Source of the DNA: a virus
Taxonomy: Duplodnaviria > Caudoviricetes
Virus record (IMG/VR): IMGVR_UViG_3300022591_000013
Span: 1 to 53,153 of that record
Length of the DNA: 53,153 nt
Direction: 5' to 3' (one strand)
Position 1 is the first letter of the stretch, and each line of letters starts with the position of its first letter. Of the stretch, positions 9,238 through 17,792 are shown piece by piece. Under the pieces are notes generated by a model. The model was not told the origin of the DNA and ran no database searches. It was given only the letters and a program-made list of their open reading frames with translations. The position numbers and the translations under genes were made by a program.

Positions 9238-9962
9238 TCATTACGCGCAGACCCACCAGCAGGTTCGTTCCGCCAGTACCAACCAAGCCGTCGCTGTTCT
9301 TCGATATTGAGACGCTCCCGACGGACGATCCGGAAGTCATCCAGATACTGTCTGACAAGTGCAAGCCACCGGGCAACTACAGCAAGCCGGACACCATCGC
9401 GGCATGGGAGCGCGACGAGAAGCCCAAGATGCTGGCGGATGCTATCAGCAAGACAGGACTGGACGGGACGTACGGACGCATCTGTTGCATCGGCTGGGCA
9501 CACAATGCCCAACCCGTGAAGTCCTGCATCGGGGACGAGCGCGAAGTGCTCCAGACATTCTTCGATGCGATCGCGTCCATTGCCGGCGTGCATATCGAGG
9601 GCAGCACAATGAATACGGCCCTCACGGTAGTTGGGCACAACATGCGCGCATTCGATCTTCGCTTTGTCTGGAAGCGGGCGACCATACTCAAGCTGAAACT
9701 GCCCAAGGCGATGCCGTGGAATGCAGGATATTGGGATGAGCGCGTACAGGACACGCTGCTGATGTGGGACCCCGATCCGTCGAAGCGCATCTCCCTTGAT
9801 CGGCTGTGCAAGGTGCTCGGCGTCAAGTCTCCGAAGAACGGGTTCGACGGCTCCATGGTTGCCGATGCGTGGCTACGCGGCGAGCATAAGAAGATCGCCA
9901 CGTACTGCGAGGGCGATGTCGATGCCATGCGCGAGTGCTGGTGGAGGATGCGCGGCGAGTAG
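9234..9962 (+). CDS. DEDD-type 3'-5' exonuclease (PolB-exo-like)
   Basis: FFDIET, VGHN..FD, SLDRLCKVLG, YCEGDV. Confidence 0.85.
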   Translation: MIITRRPTSRFVPPVPTKPSLFFDIETLPTDDPEVIQILSDKCKPPGNYSKPDTIAAWERDEKPKMLADAISKTGLDGTYGRICCIGWAHNAQPVKSCIGDEREVLQTFFDAIASIAGVHIEGSTMNTALTVVGHNMRAFDLRFVWKRATILKLKLPKAMPWNAGYWDERVQDTLLMWDPDPSKRISLDRLCKVLGVKSPKNGFDGSMVADAWLRGEHKKIATYCEGDVDAMRECWWRMRGE

Positions 9963-10002
9963 AACCTGCGGTGCCTGCCTGCTGCAAGGCGCGCAGCAGG
10001 GA

Positions 10003-10031
10003 TTGACTTTATATATAACCAAAATTAGAAT
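10003..10031 (+). promoter_or_regulatory. Sigma70-type promoter for the early region
   Basis: TTGACT (10003-10008), 17-nt spacer, TAGAAT (10026-10031); preceded by hairpin CCTGCTGC/GCAGCAGG (9978-10000). Confidence 0.8.
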
Positions 10032-10470
10032 TGGAGCTTAGTAGTAGAGGTTCAGTAGTAAGTAAGGTTGTGCTGGATGTAGTCGCTAGGTCGAAAATAA
10101 ATGTCCCTAGATAGCAGCCAACCAAGTTCAAGTAGCAGTCAGCCCGCAAGGACGCCGCGCGCCACCCAATGCTTCACCGGCTCTTGCATATAGGATTCCT
10201 GACGCTAGCCGGTCCACTCGGCCCTACTGCAAAGTTTTGGCAGTGCAGTCTGTGCAATGCAGACAGCATTTCAGTATTTCTCCCCATGCCCCACCGCCGC
10301 AGAACCTGCGCGTACATCTGTAACGATGTATGGCGGCAGGTACCAACAATCAAGTGCAGATCCAATACCACCCCTCACTCGGAATAGGCGGACGGCCCGA
10401 GTACGAGCGAGGGATACTATTTGATTTCACCGCAGCGCATACCAACAGCAACACAACTAAGGAGATTCAA

Positions 10471-10719
10471 ATGAACGCCACTATTAAGCTCATTACAGAC
10501 AGCCTCGACGCGCAGCACGCAAGCGTCAAAGGTCGCAAGGCATTCACCAAGGAAGAGCAGCAGCTCCCCAAGACTCTTTCAACTGCCATCAAGTCTGGTA
10601 ATTGGGATGCACATAAACACCAACTAGACGCTTGGATCTCGAGCATGGAGTTGGGATCGGGCGGAAACGCGGATTGCCTTCGCCGGTACCGATCCTATCG
10701 CAAAGCTCTCGGTGTTTAA
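10471..10719 (+). CDS. Hypothetical early protein (82 aa)
   Basis: TAAGGAG RBS before ATG 10471. Confidence 0.75.
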   Translation: MNATIKLITDSLDAQHASVKGRKAFTKEEQQLPKTLSTAIKSGNWDAHKHQLDAWISSMELGSGGNADCLRRYRSYRKALGV

Positions 10720-10848
10720 CAGGTGCTGAACCAGTACGCACAGCGTCAGCTGTGCGTACTACTGCATCACCTGCCCCGGCATCCCGGGAACATAACTACA
10801 GCGAAAGGAAACACCATGAACAAGTATCAGCAGCAGACCAGCACCGTC
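10720..10848 (+). repeat. 129-bp direct repeat copy 1 (hairpins + RBS + first 11 codons)
   Basis: Matches 13331-13459 with 4 mismatches counted by eye. Confidence 0.95.
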
Positions 10849-11118
10849 GAAGAAGCCCAGCAGCAACTCGTTGGGAAGATCTCCAGCGCAGTCTTCGCAA
10901 TCCTGAAGCCGCAGCTCAAGCAGTTCATCAGGGAGCAGGTGGCGGATCAGGTTGAGCGCGTCTGCGACGACGAGATGGACCGCCGCATCACCGCCGCACT
11001 CGACGACTCGCGTCGCGGCGAGGGCATCCTGGAAAACATCCTGGACAGCCGGGATTTCTCCGACGCCGTCGAGGAGGCGGTCCGCAACATAGACTTCAAA
11101 GTGTCTGTGCGCCGTTAA
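10816..11118 (+). CDS. Hypothetical early protein (100 aa)
   Basis: GAAAGGAA RBS before ATG 10816. Confidence 0.75.
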   Translation: MNKYQQQTSTVEEAQQQLVGKISSAVFAILKPQLKQFIREQVADQVERVCDDEMDRRITAALDDSRRGEGILENILDSRDFSDAVEEAVRNIDFKVSVRR

Positions 11119-11294
11119 TGAAGCACACGGCCACCGAGATGCTGGCGGCACTTGCAAGCAAGATCAGCAAGGAAGAACTTCGCCGCCAAATAGACGAGCT
11201 ACGCCGCGATCCTGCCACCGGTGATATCCGGATGAGCACCGTCGCGGCGATTAGCGTGATACACCAACGTGAATGTGAAGGAGTAGGGAAATGA
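11118..11294 (+). CDS. Hypothetical protein (58 aa; not in the ORF track)
   Basis: MKHTATEMLAALASKISKEELRRQIDELRR...; TAATG and ATGA overlaps with both neighbours. Confidence 0.6.
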   Translation: MKHTATEMLAALASKISKEELRRQIDELRRDPATGDIRMSTVAAISVIHQRECEGVGK

Positions 11295-11623
11295 TCAAGA
11301 TAGATGGATTCAAGCGGCATGCTTACACGCTGCTGATCGACGGCAACGATGGCGAAGAGCAGCTCGTCATCATCACCTCCAGCGGGCAGAACGGCCAGAC
11401 TGCAATCACGGTCGTCAGCGTGCAGGTTGATCTGGGAATGAAGGTGCTGGTCAATCACGAGCACTGGATCTCGACGTACAGGGAAGGCAGCGATCTGATC
11501 CAGAAGCTTCGGCAGGTCATCCGCACCTGGGTGATCGGCGGAATACCTCCCACCGGCGGCGAGATGCGAGAGCAGTACGCAATCATCGAGCGCATTCTGA
11601 ACAAGGATATTGATCATGTCTGA
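11291..11623 (+). CDS. Hypothetical protein
   Basis: Coupled ORF in the early operon. Confidence 0.65.
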   Translation: MIKIDGFKRHAYTLLIDGNDGEEQLVIITSSGQNGQTAITVVSVQVDLGMKVLVNHEHWISTYREGSDLIQKLRQVIRTWVIGGIPPTGGEMREQYAIIERILNKDIDHV

Positions 11624-12347
11624 AGATGACGTCGTCAAGGACAAGGTTCTCGCCCGCGTCCGCAAGATGCTGGCACTGGCCAACAACGAAGCCGCAACCG
11701 AAGGCGAGCGCGACAATGCGCTACGCATGGCACATGCGGCACTTGCGAAGTACAACCTCAGCCTCGGCGATGCCGAGATCGAGACCGAGCCTCGCGTCGA
11801 GGACAGCGCACAGATCAGCCCGCATCCCTGGGCACGGTATCTGATCGAAGCGATTGCTAACTTGTACTTCTGCAAAACGCTGTTTTACCTCTACCGTGAC
11901 AAGCGGCAGGTACATCATTTCGTCGGGCGCGAGTCGAACGTCGTGACTGCTATCGAGATGAGCAAGTACATCGTCGGCAGCATCAACAGGGAGGCGCGCC
12001 GCAAGGCAAAGGAAAACCCTTACATCACCGGGTACGAACGCGCCTTCTGCAAGGGGGCGGCGACTGCCGTGTATCACCGCTGCAAGCTGATTCAGCAGGA
12101 AGCCGAGCAGCAGGCATCGCCGCAGGCTAGCACAGGCACTTCGCTGGTGCTGGCATCCCTATACCGCACCGAGCTCGAAAAGAACGCACTGGTCATCGCC
12201 CAGAAGCACGGCCCGCTGAGTACGATGAAGAGGGCGGCTCGAGCAGCAGACGCCAACGCATTCGGCGCAGGGCAGCAGTACGGATCCAAGCTCAACCTGA
12301 ACCGGCAGGTCTCCGGCGGCAGCAGTAACGCAGCACGCCTGAAGTAA
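11616..12347 (+). CDS. DUF2786-domain protein
   Basis: DKVLARVRKMLALA...ATEGERDNALRMAHAALAKYNLS matches the DUF2786 N-terminal pattern. Confidence 0.8.
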   Translation: MSEDDVVKDKVLARVRKMLALANNEAATEGERDNALRMAHAALAKYNLSLGDAEIETEPRVEDSAQISPHPWARYLIEAIANLYFCKTLFYLYRDKRQVHHFVGRESNVVTAIEMSKYIVGSINREARRKAKENPYITGYERAFCKGAATAVYHRCKLIQQEAEQQASPQASTGTSLVLASLYRTELEKNALVIAQKHGPLSTMKRAARAADANAFGAGQQYGSKLNLNRQVSGGSSNAARLK

Positions 12348-12426
12348 AGCAGGTGCCGCGCGACAGGCGGCAGTTCTGCACAACGCTGTATATATCCCAT
12401 AGCAACATCACTCAAGGAGATTCATC

Positions 12427-13329
12427 ATGGCAACAAAATTCGACGGCCTCATCAAGCGTTCCGAGTACCTGTGCGTAGACCCGGCGATCATCGTCGTGGC
12501 ACCTGACTTCAACCCGCGCTTCGACCAGGGCGACCTTGCCGAGATCGAGAACAGCATCAAGGTTCGCGGCTTCTTCAAGAACAAGCCGCTCGTGGTGCAG
12601 CGCACCGACGACGGGAAGCTCATGCTTCGCGGTCGCGGCGGTCGCCGCTTCACTGCTGTGCAGAACCTGCTGAAGAAGGGCCACGTGTTCGAGGACGGTA
12701 TCCCCGTCGTCGTCGAAGGCAAGGACGTGACCGACGCCGAGGCACTGATCCTGGACTTGATCGACAATAACCAGAAGCCGCTGCTCCCTCTCGAAGAGGC
12801 CGCTGCGTACAAGCGGCTGCTCGACGGCGGCATCAAGGTGAAGGAGATCGCCAAGCTGGTACATCGCAGCGAGGCCAATGTGAAATGGACCCTTTGTCTT
12901 CTTGATGCAGACGAATCTGTCAAGGACGCAATGAAGGATGGCACGATCAACTCGAGTCTTGGCAAGGACATCGCGCAGAAGGCAGGCAAGGACAAAGCCA
13001 AGCAGAAGGAACTTGTCGAGAAGGCGACAAAGGGAGGCAAGGCAGGCAAGAAGCTCGTCAAGGAAGAGGTGGCTTCAATCAAGCGCCGCCCGACGACCAA
13101 GAAGAAGCAGGAGGCACTGGTGGCGAAGGTGCTCACCGAATCCCAACTGCGTACCCGCGAGTCCGTGCTGATCAAGCACGTCACCGAGGGGCTGTCGGCA
13201 ATCGGTATCACCGAAGACCAGGCTCGCAAGCATTTCAGCGAGTACGACATCGGCGCGGCTGCATTCCACTTCGGCGTCCTGATCGGACTGCGCGCTGCAC
13301 TCGGCCTCGACCCCAAGATCACCTTGTAA
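12427..13329 (+). CDS. ParB/Srx-like protein with HTH
   Basis: DFNPR...LAEIENSIKVRG..KPLVV, GGRRFTA, LPLEEAAAYKRLL..G...KEIAKLVHRS. Confidence 0.8.
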   Translation: MATKFDGLIKRSEYLCVDPAIIVVAPDFNPRFDQGDLAEIENSIKVRGFFKNKPLVVQRTDDGKLMLRGRGGRRFTAVQNLLKKGHVFEDGIPVVVEGKDVTDAEALILDLIDNNQKPLLPLEEAAAYKRLLDGGIKVKEIAKLVHRSEANVKWTLCLLDADESVKDAMKDGTINSSLGKDIAQKAGKDKAKQKELVEKATKGGKAGKKLVKEEVASIKRRPTTKKKQEALVAKVLTESQLRTRESVLIKHVTEGLSAIGITEDQARKHFSEYDIGAAAFHFGVLIGLRAALGLDPKITL

Positions 13330-13330
13330 C

Positions 13331-13459
13331 CAGGTGCTAAACCAGTACGCACAGCGTCAGCTGTGCGTACTACTGCATCACCTGACCCGGCATCCCGGGA
13401 ACATAACTACATCGAAAGGAAACACCATGAGCAAGTATCAGCAGCAGACCAGCACCGTC
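13331..13459 (+). repeat. 129-bp direct repeat copy 2
   Basis: Matches 10720-10848. Confidence 0.95.
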
Positions 13460-13876
13460 CTCGGTGCAGTTGAAGAAGCGCAGTCCGTTGCAGAGGAGCT
13501 GAAGGATGAGCTCGAGAACTGGCGCGACAGCCTCCCAGAGAACCTGCAAAGCGGCGAGAAGGCCGATGCACTGGAGGAGGCGATCAATGCCCTAGAGGAG
13601 GCGATTGACAAGCTTCAGGAGGTACAAGACTCCGACCAGCAGGCAGTGCTCGACTACGCGATCACGTATTCCCAGGTCGTGTATCCCAAGTCCATGTACA
13701 TGAGCCGCGCCAAGAGGCTCGAGGTAGCGATCAGCGGCCTTGGTGGCGTTCCCAGCGAGATGCCTGACGACCTCGAGATTCCGGAAGACGACCAAGACGA
13801 TGCTGACGAGGTATTCAACAACGTCAGCGAAGCCCTCGACGGTTTGCAGTCCGTCGAGTTCCCCGCAATGCGCTAG
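13427..13876 (+). CDS. Highly acidic helical hypothetical protein (149 aa)
   Basis: GAAAGGAA RBS; strongly D/E-rich sequence. Confidence 0.75.
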   Translation: MSKYQQQTSTVLGAVEEAQSVAEELKDELENWRDSLPENLQSGEKADALEEAINALEEAIDKLQEVQDSDQQAVLDYAITYSQVVYPKSMYMSRAKRLEVAISGLGGVPSEMPDDLEIPEDDQDDADEVFNNVSEALDGLQSVEFPAMR

Positions 13877-13887
13877 GAGCTGCTGGA

Positions 13888-14076
13888 ATGAGCCTATACA
13901 TTATCGCTCGGGAACCGAAGCTGGCGTATCGAGACAGATACGTTGTCGAAGTGGTGGTGGTAGAAGCTACGAGTAAAAAGCAGGCCCTTGTCTATTCAGG
14001 CATCGACACGAGCGGCCGTGAATTCAAGCAACCCACCGCCGAGCTGCTGAAGCTCAGCCACCACTACCTCTTCTAG
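13888..14076 (+). CDS. Hypothetical protein (62 aa)
   Basis: AGGAG upstream; operon position. Confidence 0.55.
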   Translation: MSLYIIAREPKLAYRDRYVVEVVVVEATSKKQALVYSGIDTSGREFKQPTAELLKLSHHYLF

Positions 14077-14114
14077 AAGCACAACCGTCACCATAACAAC
14101 TGAAAGGAATTACC

Positions 14115-14909
14115 ATGAGCAATCGCACACAACTGATCACCCCCGAGTGGCGCAAGCCCGTCGTCGCAGTGCCGCTGACGCAGGCATTCCCCGAGCTCGG
14201 CGAAGTGAAGGAGTTCAAGTCCAAGGTCTGCTTGTTCAACCACAACCGGACGAAGGTGTTCGACGTGGTCAGCGACAAGTATCACGTCATCGACCACGGC
14301 AAGGCACTGGACGTCGTCGTAGAGGCAGTGCAGGGATACTTCAGCGATACGACTATCGAGCCCACCGTCCGCAGCATGCAAGGCGGCGCCCGGGTCATGG
14401 CCACCATCAAGCTCCCTGTGGCCCCGATCGTAGTCAAGAAGGGCGACCTGACCGACATCACCATCACCGTCGAGAACAGCTACGACCGCAGCTCGCCGTT
14501 CCTTGCCTGTCTCGGTGGCCTGCGTCTAGTCTGCACCAACGGCATGAAGATGGGAACCACCTTCGGGAGCATCCGGGCAAAGCACGTCGGCACCGCAGAC
14601 GAGGAAGCCCGGGACGAGGAGATCCATGCCAGCTTGGAGCGCATGGTCAAGAACATTCCCAATATCCAGGAGCTGTGGCGGGAATGGGCAGAGACTGACA
14701 TCGACTATGATCAAGCCCACGAACTGCTGCAAGGCAAGTTCCCCGCGAAGTATCTGGCACCTGTGCTGGACGGCTCGCGATTCCCGCGCAGCAAGTGGGA
14801 TCTGTACAACGACCTCACCCGCTTCGCCTCGCACGACACGAAGACGATCCAGCGCCGTCTGGAGTTCGATGCAGTTATCAGCCGCTTGTTCTACGGCGTC
14901 GGCGACTAA
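14115..14909 (+). CDS. DUF932-family protein
   Basis: VVSDKYHVIDH, NSYDRS, GGLRLVCTNG, AKHVG, SKWDLYNDLT. Confidence 0.8.
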   Translation: MSNRTQLITPEWRKPVVAVPLTQAFPELGEVKEFKSKVCLFNHNRTKVFDVVSDKYHVIDHGKALDVVVEAVQGYFSDTTIEPTVRSMQGGARVMATIKLPVAPIVVKKGDLTDITITVENSYDRSSPFLACLGGLRLVCTNGMKMGTTFGSIRAKHVGTADEEARDEEIHASLERMVKNIPNIQELWREWAETDIDYDQAHELLQGKFPAKYLAPVLDGSRFPRSKWDLYNDLTRFASHDTKTIQRRLEFDAVISRLFYGVGD

Positions 14910-14946
14910 GCAGCACAACCCATACCAACTACAAAGAGGTATCACC

Positions 14947-15309
14947 ATGAGCAAGACATTTCGCATCGCACCCGCCCCGAAAGAGGCGGCATCTGTAACC
15001 GAGAAGAAGTCCAGCGCGCCAATGTGCTGCCGCCCGCGCGAGCACATTGCCCAACTGCCGCAGACTGAGTTCAACGTCGGCCCGTTCCTCGTGCGCTGCT
15101 CCAACAAACAGCACTATCGGCTGTACAGCATCTACGCGCGGCCTGACATGCTTATGTTGGGACGGCAGGCCAGCTATCCGTCGATATTCGATTGCCTGGA
15201 CAAGCTCGAGAAGCAGTACGGAGCGGGTGCAGTGCCTCAGTCCAGGTACGAGGCCATCATCAACAGCCGCGGCGTGCAGCAGGAACTGAACGCCCGCAGC
15301 GCAGCGTAG
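14947..15309 (+). CDS. Hypothetical protein
   Basis: AGAGGT RBS before ATG 14947. Confidence 0.65.
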   Translation: MSKTFRIAPAPKEAASVTEKKSSAPMCCRPREHIAQLPQTEFNVGPFLVRCSNKQHYRLYSIYARPDMLMLGRQASYPSIFDCLDKLEKQYGAGAVPQSRYEAIINSRGVQQELNARSAA

Positions 15310-15319
15310 GAGGGCAGAC

Positions 15320-15583
15320 ATGAACCACCAAATCTTCAACTACAAGCCGCGGGAGGTCGGCCCGCAACGGGCTCGCCTCGGCTACACCGCGGCGCTGCTG
15401 ATACTGCTGCTCGGTGCGTATGCGTTAGCGCAGCACATCACCGACCTGGGCGACGCACAGGCAAAGGTACGCGAGCTTGAGCAGTATCGAGAGAAGCTTC
15501 GCATCTTGGGCTCGTGCAGTGCCCAGCGGTATGCGTATCCGCTGATACCGCCCGCCGCCGTGAAACCGCGAAAGGAGATGTAA
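15320..15583 (+). CDS. Hypothetical membrane-anchored protein
   Basis: GGAGG RBS; hydrophobic segment TAALLILLLGAYALA. Confidence 0.65.
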   Translation: MNHQIFNYKPREVGPQRARLGYTAALLILLLGAYALAQHITDLGDAQAKVRELEQYREKLRILGSCSAQRYAYPLIPPAAVKPRKEM

Positions 15584-15813
15584 TGCCCAAGACGATCCAA
15601 GACGAAGCGCAAGTCCTCAACGAGGCGTGCCGCATCGCCAAGGCATTCGGCATGTACGTGGTCGTCAAGGAAGAGGTTCGCAATGGCCTGCTGGTGAATA
15701 TGTACCTGCTGTGCCGCAGACTGCCCTACGGCGGACACGGTACGGTGCTGGGGAAGCGCAACTCGCCAGCGGGCCTGCTGAAGCTCGTGAACAAGTGCAA
15801 GGAGGTGAAATGA
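15583..15813 (+). CDS. Hypothetical protein
   Basis: AAGGAG RBS, TAATG coupling. Confidence 0.65.
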   Translation: MPKTIQDEAQVLNEACRIAKAFGMYVVVKEEVRNGLLVNMYLLCRRLPYGGHGTVLGKRNSPAGLLKLVNKCKEVK

Positions 15814-16136
15814 AGACCAAGTGGAAAGTTCATCCCGCCCCCACCGGAAGATACCGCTCGTTCGAGAGCCGGGGCTGGCCGTACCTGGAATATGAGGACG
15901 GCCAGCTTGCTGCGTCGATTCAGTGCGGTGAGAACTATTCTTTACGGAAAGCAGCCAGCAAGGAGCATGGCAGGCTGACGGTGATTGTCTATGACTACAG
16001 GCAGGGCTCTTCGGACCGGAAGTTCCTCAAGGTTGCCCACACCTTCCCCGACCTGCCCAGTGCAAAGCGGGCAGCAGAGAAGGTTCTCGATGAGTATCCC
16101 GAGTTTCTACCATCGAAACGAAAGGAGCTAGCATGA
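15810..16136 (+). CDS. Hypothetical protein
   Basis: AAGGAGG RBS, ATGA coupling. Confidence 0.7.
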   Translation: MKTKWKVHPAPTGRYRSFESRGWPYLEYEDGQLAASIQCGENYSLRKAASKEHGRLTVIVYDYRQGSSDRKFLKVAHTFPDLPSAKRAAEKVLDEYPEFLPSKRKELA

Positions 16137-16351
16137 CAGATGCCCACATCACTGCCGACCGCAGCCTCGAGATCCTCGTGGCACTTGCGGATTACCACGG
16201 CATATACCGCGCACCTCTTCGGGACCTGCTGCACAAGCTGATACGCACAACGGAGCAGGCGACGATCCGCGCCTTCTACAAAGAGTTCCCGTCGTGCGTA
16301 TGCCCTACCGACGCCATCCTGCTGTGCATCATAGAGGAGCTACGGAAATGA
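16133..16351 (+). CDS. Hypothetical protein
   Basis: AAGGAG RBS, ATGA coupling. Confidence 0.65.
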   Translation: MTDAHITADRSLEILVALADYHGIYRAPLRDLLHKLIRTTEQATIRAFYKEFPSCVCPTDAILLCIIEELRK

Positions 16352-16626
16352 ATAAACCACTGCTGTACTTTGCGGGACACCCCGTGCATCTGAACGACGA
16401 GTTGATGGTGACGCGCACCGTCGAGGAGATACCGCGAACGTGGCGCGAAAGACTTTTCACCTGGCCCTGGCGCCCACTGCGGAGAACGAGAACCCAGGTC
16501 ACCGAGGTACCATCCCGCGCCGTTATGTTCATCAACGACGACGCGCTGGTCATGCACTCGGAACTGTGGCGCGATATCCAAGCGGCCGTGAAGCGCAACC
16601 AGGAGGCGGCAGCAGAGCTGTGGTAA
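16348..16626 (+). CDS. Hypothetical protein
   Basis: GAGGAG RBS, ATGA coupling. Confidence 0.65.
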   Translation: MNKPLLYFAGHPVHLNDELMVTRTVEEIPRTWRERLFTWPWRPLRRTRTQVTEVPSRAVMFINDDALVMHSELWRDIQAAVKRNQEAAAELW

Positions 16627-16958
16627 GCCGCCGCCAGACAACGGTGGAACGCATCCGCCAGCTACGCCTGAACATGCTCGTCCATTCGTACATCTACTAC
16701 ACGATGAACGAAAGCCTCATCAGCGACCACGAGTGGCAGCGACGTGCAGACGAACTGGTGGCACTGCAAGCACAACACACCGCGAAGATAAATTGCTACG
16801 ACGCCGCATTCGACGGGTGGGATGCCAGCACCGGATACCACCTTCCCGCAGATCACTGGGTCCAGTCGAAGGCGGACTATCTTCTACGGCACTTCTCGAC
16901 GACGTATGTACCTCCGCAACCAGCACCACGTCGCCGAGGACTGCTCGATAGCACCTAG
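16620..16958 (+). CDS. Stand-alone NAD-dependent DNA ligase domain Ia-like protein
   Basis: RIRQLR..MLVHSYIYY..NESLISDHEW....ELVALQ resembles the LigA N-terminal HxxxYY...ISDxEYD pattern; no adenylation domain follows. Confidence 0.6.
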   Translation: MVSRRQTTVERIRQLRLNMLVHSYIYYTMNESLISDHEWQRRADELVALQAQHTAKINCYDAAFDGWDASTGYHLPADHWVQSKADYLLRHFSTTYVPPQPAPRRRGLLDST

Positions 16959-16998
16959 CACCACCAGCGGGGTTTTCCTCCTCCTTCCCCGCTGCTTT

Positions 16999-17028
16999 GC
17001 CCCGCCCTCACCGGCGGGGCTTTTTTTT
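16999..17028 (+). terminator. Rho-independent terminator ending the early region
   Basis: GCCCCGCC-ctcacc-GGCGGGGC followed by T8. Confidence 0.92.
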
Positions 17029-17196
17029 GACCCTATAACCATGCAGGGCGGTATGGTATTGTACGTAAAAGAGCCTCATAGCGCGATAATTATGTACGGG
17101 GCCGCTACCCTACCAGCTGGGCTCTACATAAATGCCCGCAAACGAGCGTTTTGAGCCTGCCACGTCAAAGGAAAACCCAGCCCAACCCTGCCGGTA

Positions 17197-17224
17197 TTGA
17201 CTTTCCCAGCTCAATAGCTATGCT
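17197..17224 (+). promoter_or_regulatory. Sigma70-like promoter upstream of the packaging/morphogenesis operon
   Basis: TTGACT, 16-nt spacer, TATGCT; shares ATTGACTTT with the promoter at 10003. Confidence 0.55.
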
Positions 17225-17304
17225 CCGCGCCGAACAAGCAGAGCAGCCCGTGACGGGTGCTAGATAACACTGCGATCAACTCAGCACAGATATGGTGGGA
17301 TGCC

Positions 17305-17679
17305 ATGGGAAGGAAGATTCATGCAGGCATGTTCAAGAAGGGAGTTGGCGGCAACCCAGCAGGACCGAAACCGGGATACAAGCACAAGCGGACCATCTTG
17401 CGAGAGGCAATGATGGCGAATCCGAAGTACGCGAAGCTGGATCCCATCGAGTTCATGCTTGAGATGCTGTCAGACCCGTCGTACGGACTGAGCAACAGGA
17501 AGTGGGCCGCGATGCAGGTGGCGCCCTACGTGAGGAGCAAGATGCCGATCAAGGTAGAGACTGCACCAGCAGCAGACGATTCAGCAGCGCAGATACGCGA
17601 GACGCTTGCCGCGCTCAATGCAGTAACGGAAGGTGAAGCACCCCCAGCCCGTAAGCGGGTGAAACTTCTTGAGGACTGA
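17305..17679 (+). CDS. terS: Terminase small subunit
   Basis: FKKGVGGNPAGPKPG motif and AAMQVAPYVRSK; upstream of TerL; start codon uncertain. Confidence 0.7.
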   Translation: MGRKIHAGMFKKGVGGNPAGPKPGYKHKRTILREAMMANPKYAKLDPIEFMLEMLSDPSYGLSNRKWAAMQVAPYVRSKMPIKVETAPAADDSAAQIRETLAALNAVTEGEAPPARKRVKLLED

Positions 17680-17681
17680 TC

Positions 17682-17786
17682 ATGGCATGGACAGATGAAG
17701 CAAGAGCCAAAGCAGCAGCAACGCGCAGGGCGAGAGCCAAACAACCTGCGAAGGGTGCGAAGGCCACGGCCGGTCGCCGCAAGTAA
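17682..17786 (+). CDS. Small basic protein (34 aa; not in the ORF track)
   Basis: MAWTDEARAKAAATRRARAKQPAKGAKATAGRRK; GAGGA RBS; N-terminus resembles the protein at 19171. Confidence 0.6.
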   Translation: MAWTDEARAKAAATRRARAKQPAKGAKATAGRRK

Positions 17787-17792
17787 CACACC

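Noticed and set aside
10723-10815. Upstream GTG-start extensions (MLNQYAQRQ...) of the two repeat-associated ORFs
   Set aside because: They simply translate the repeated hairpin leader; the RBS sits before ATG 10816 and ATG 13427.
10720-13459. CRISPR array or IS ends
   Set aside because: Only two long copies 2.6 kb apart, with no spacer periodicity and no cas or transposase gene.
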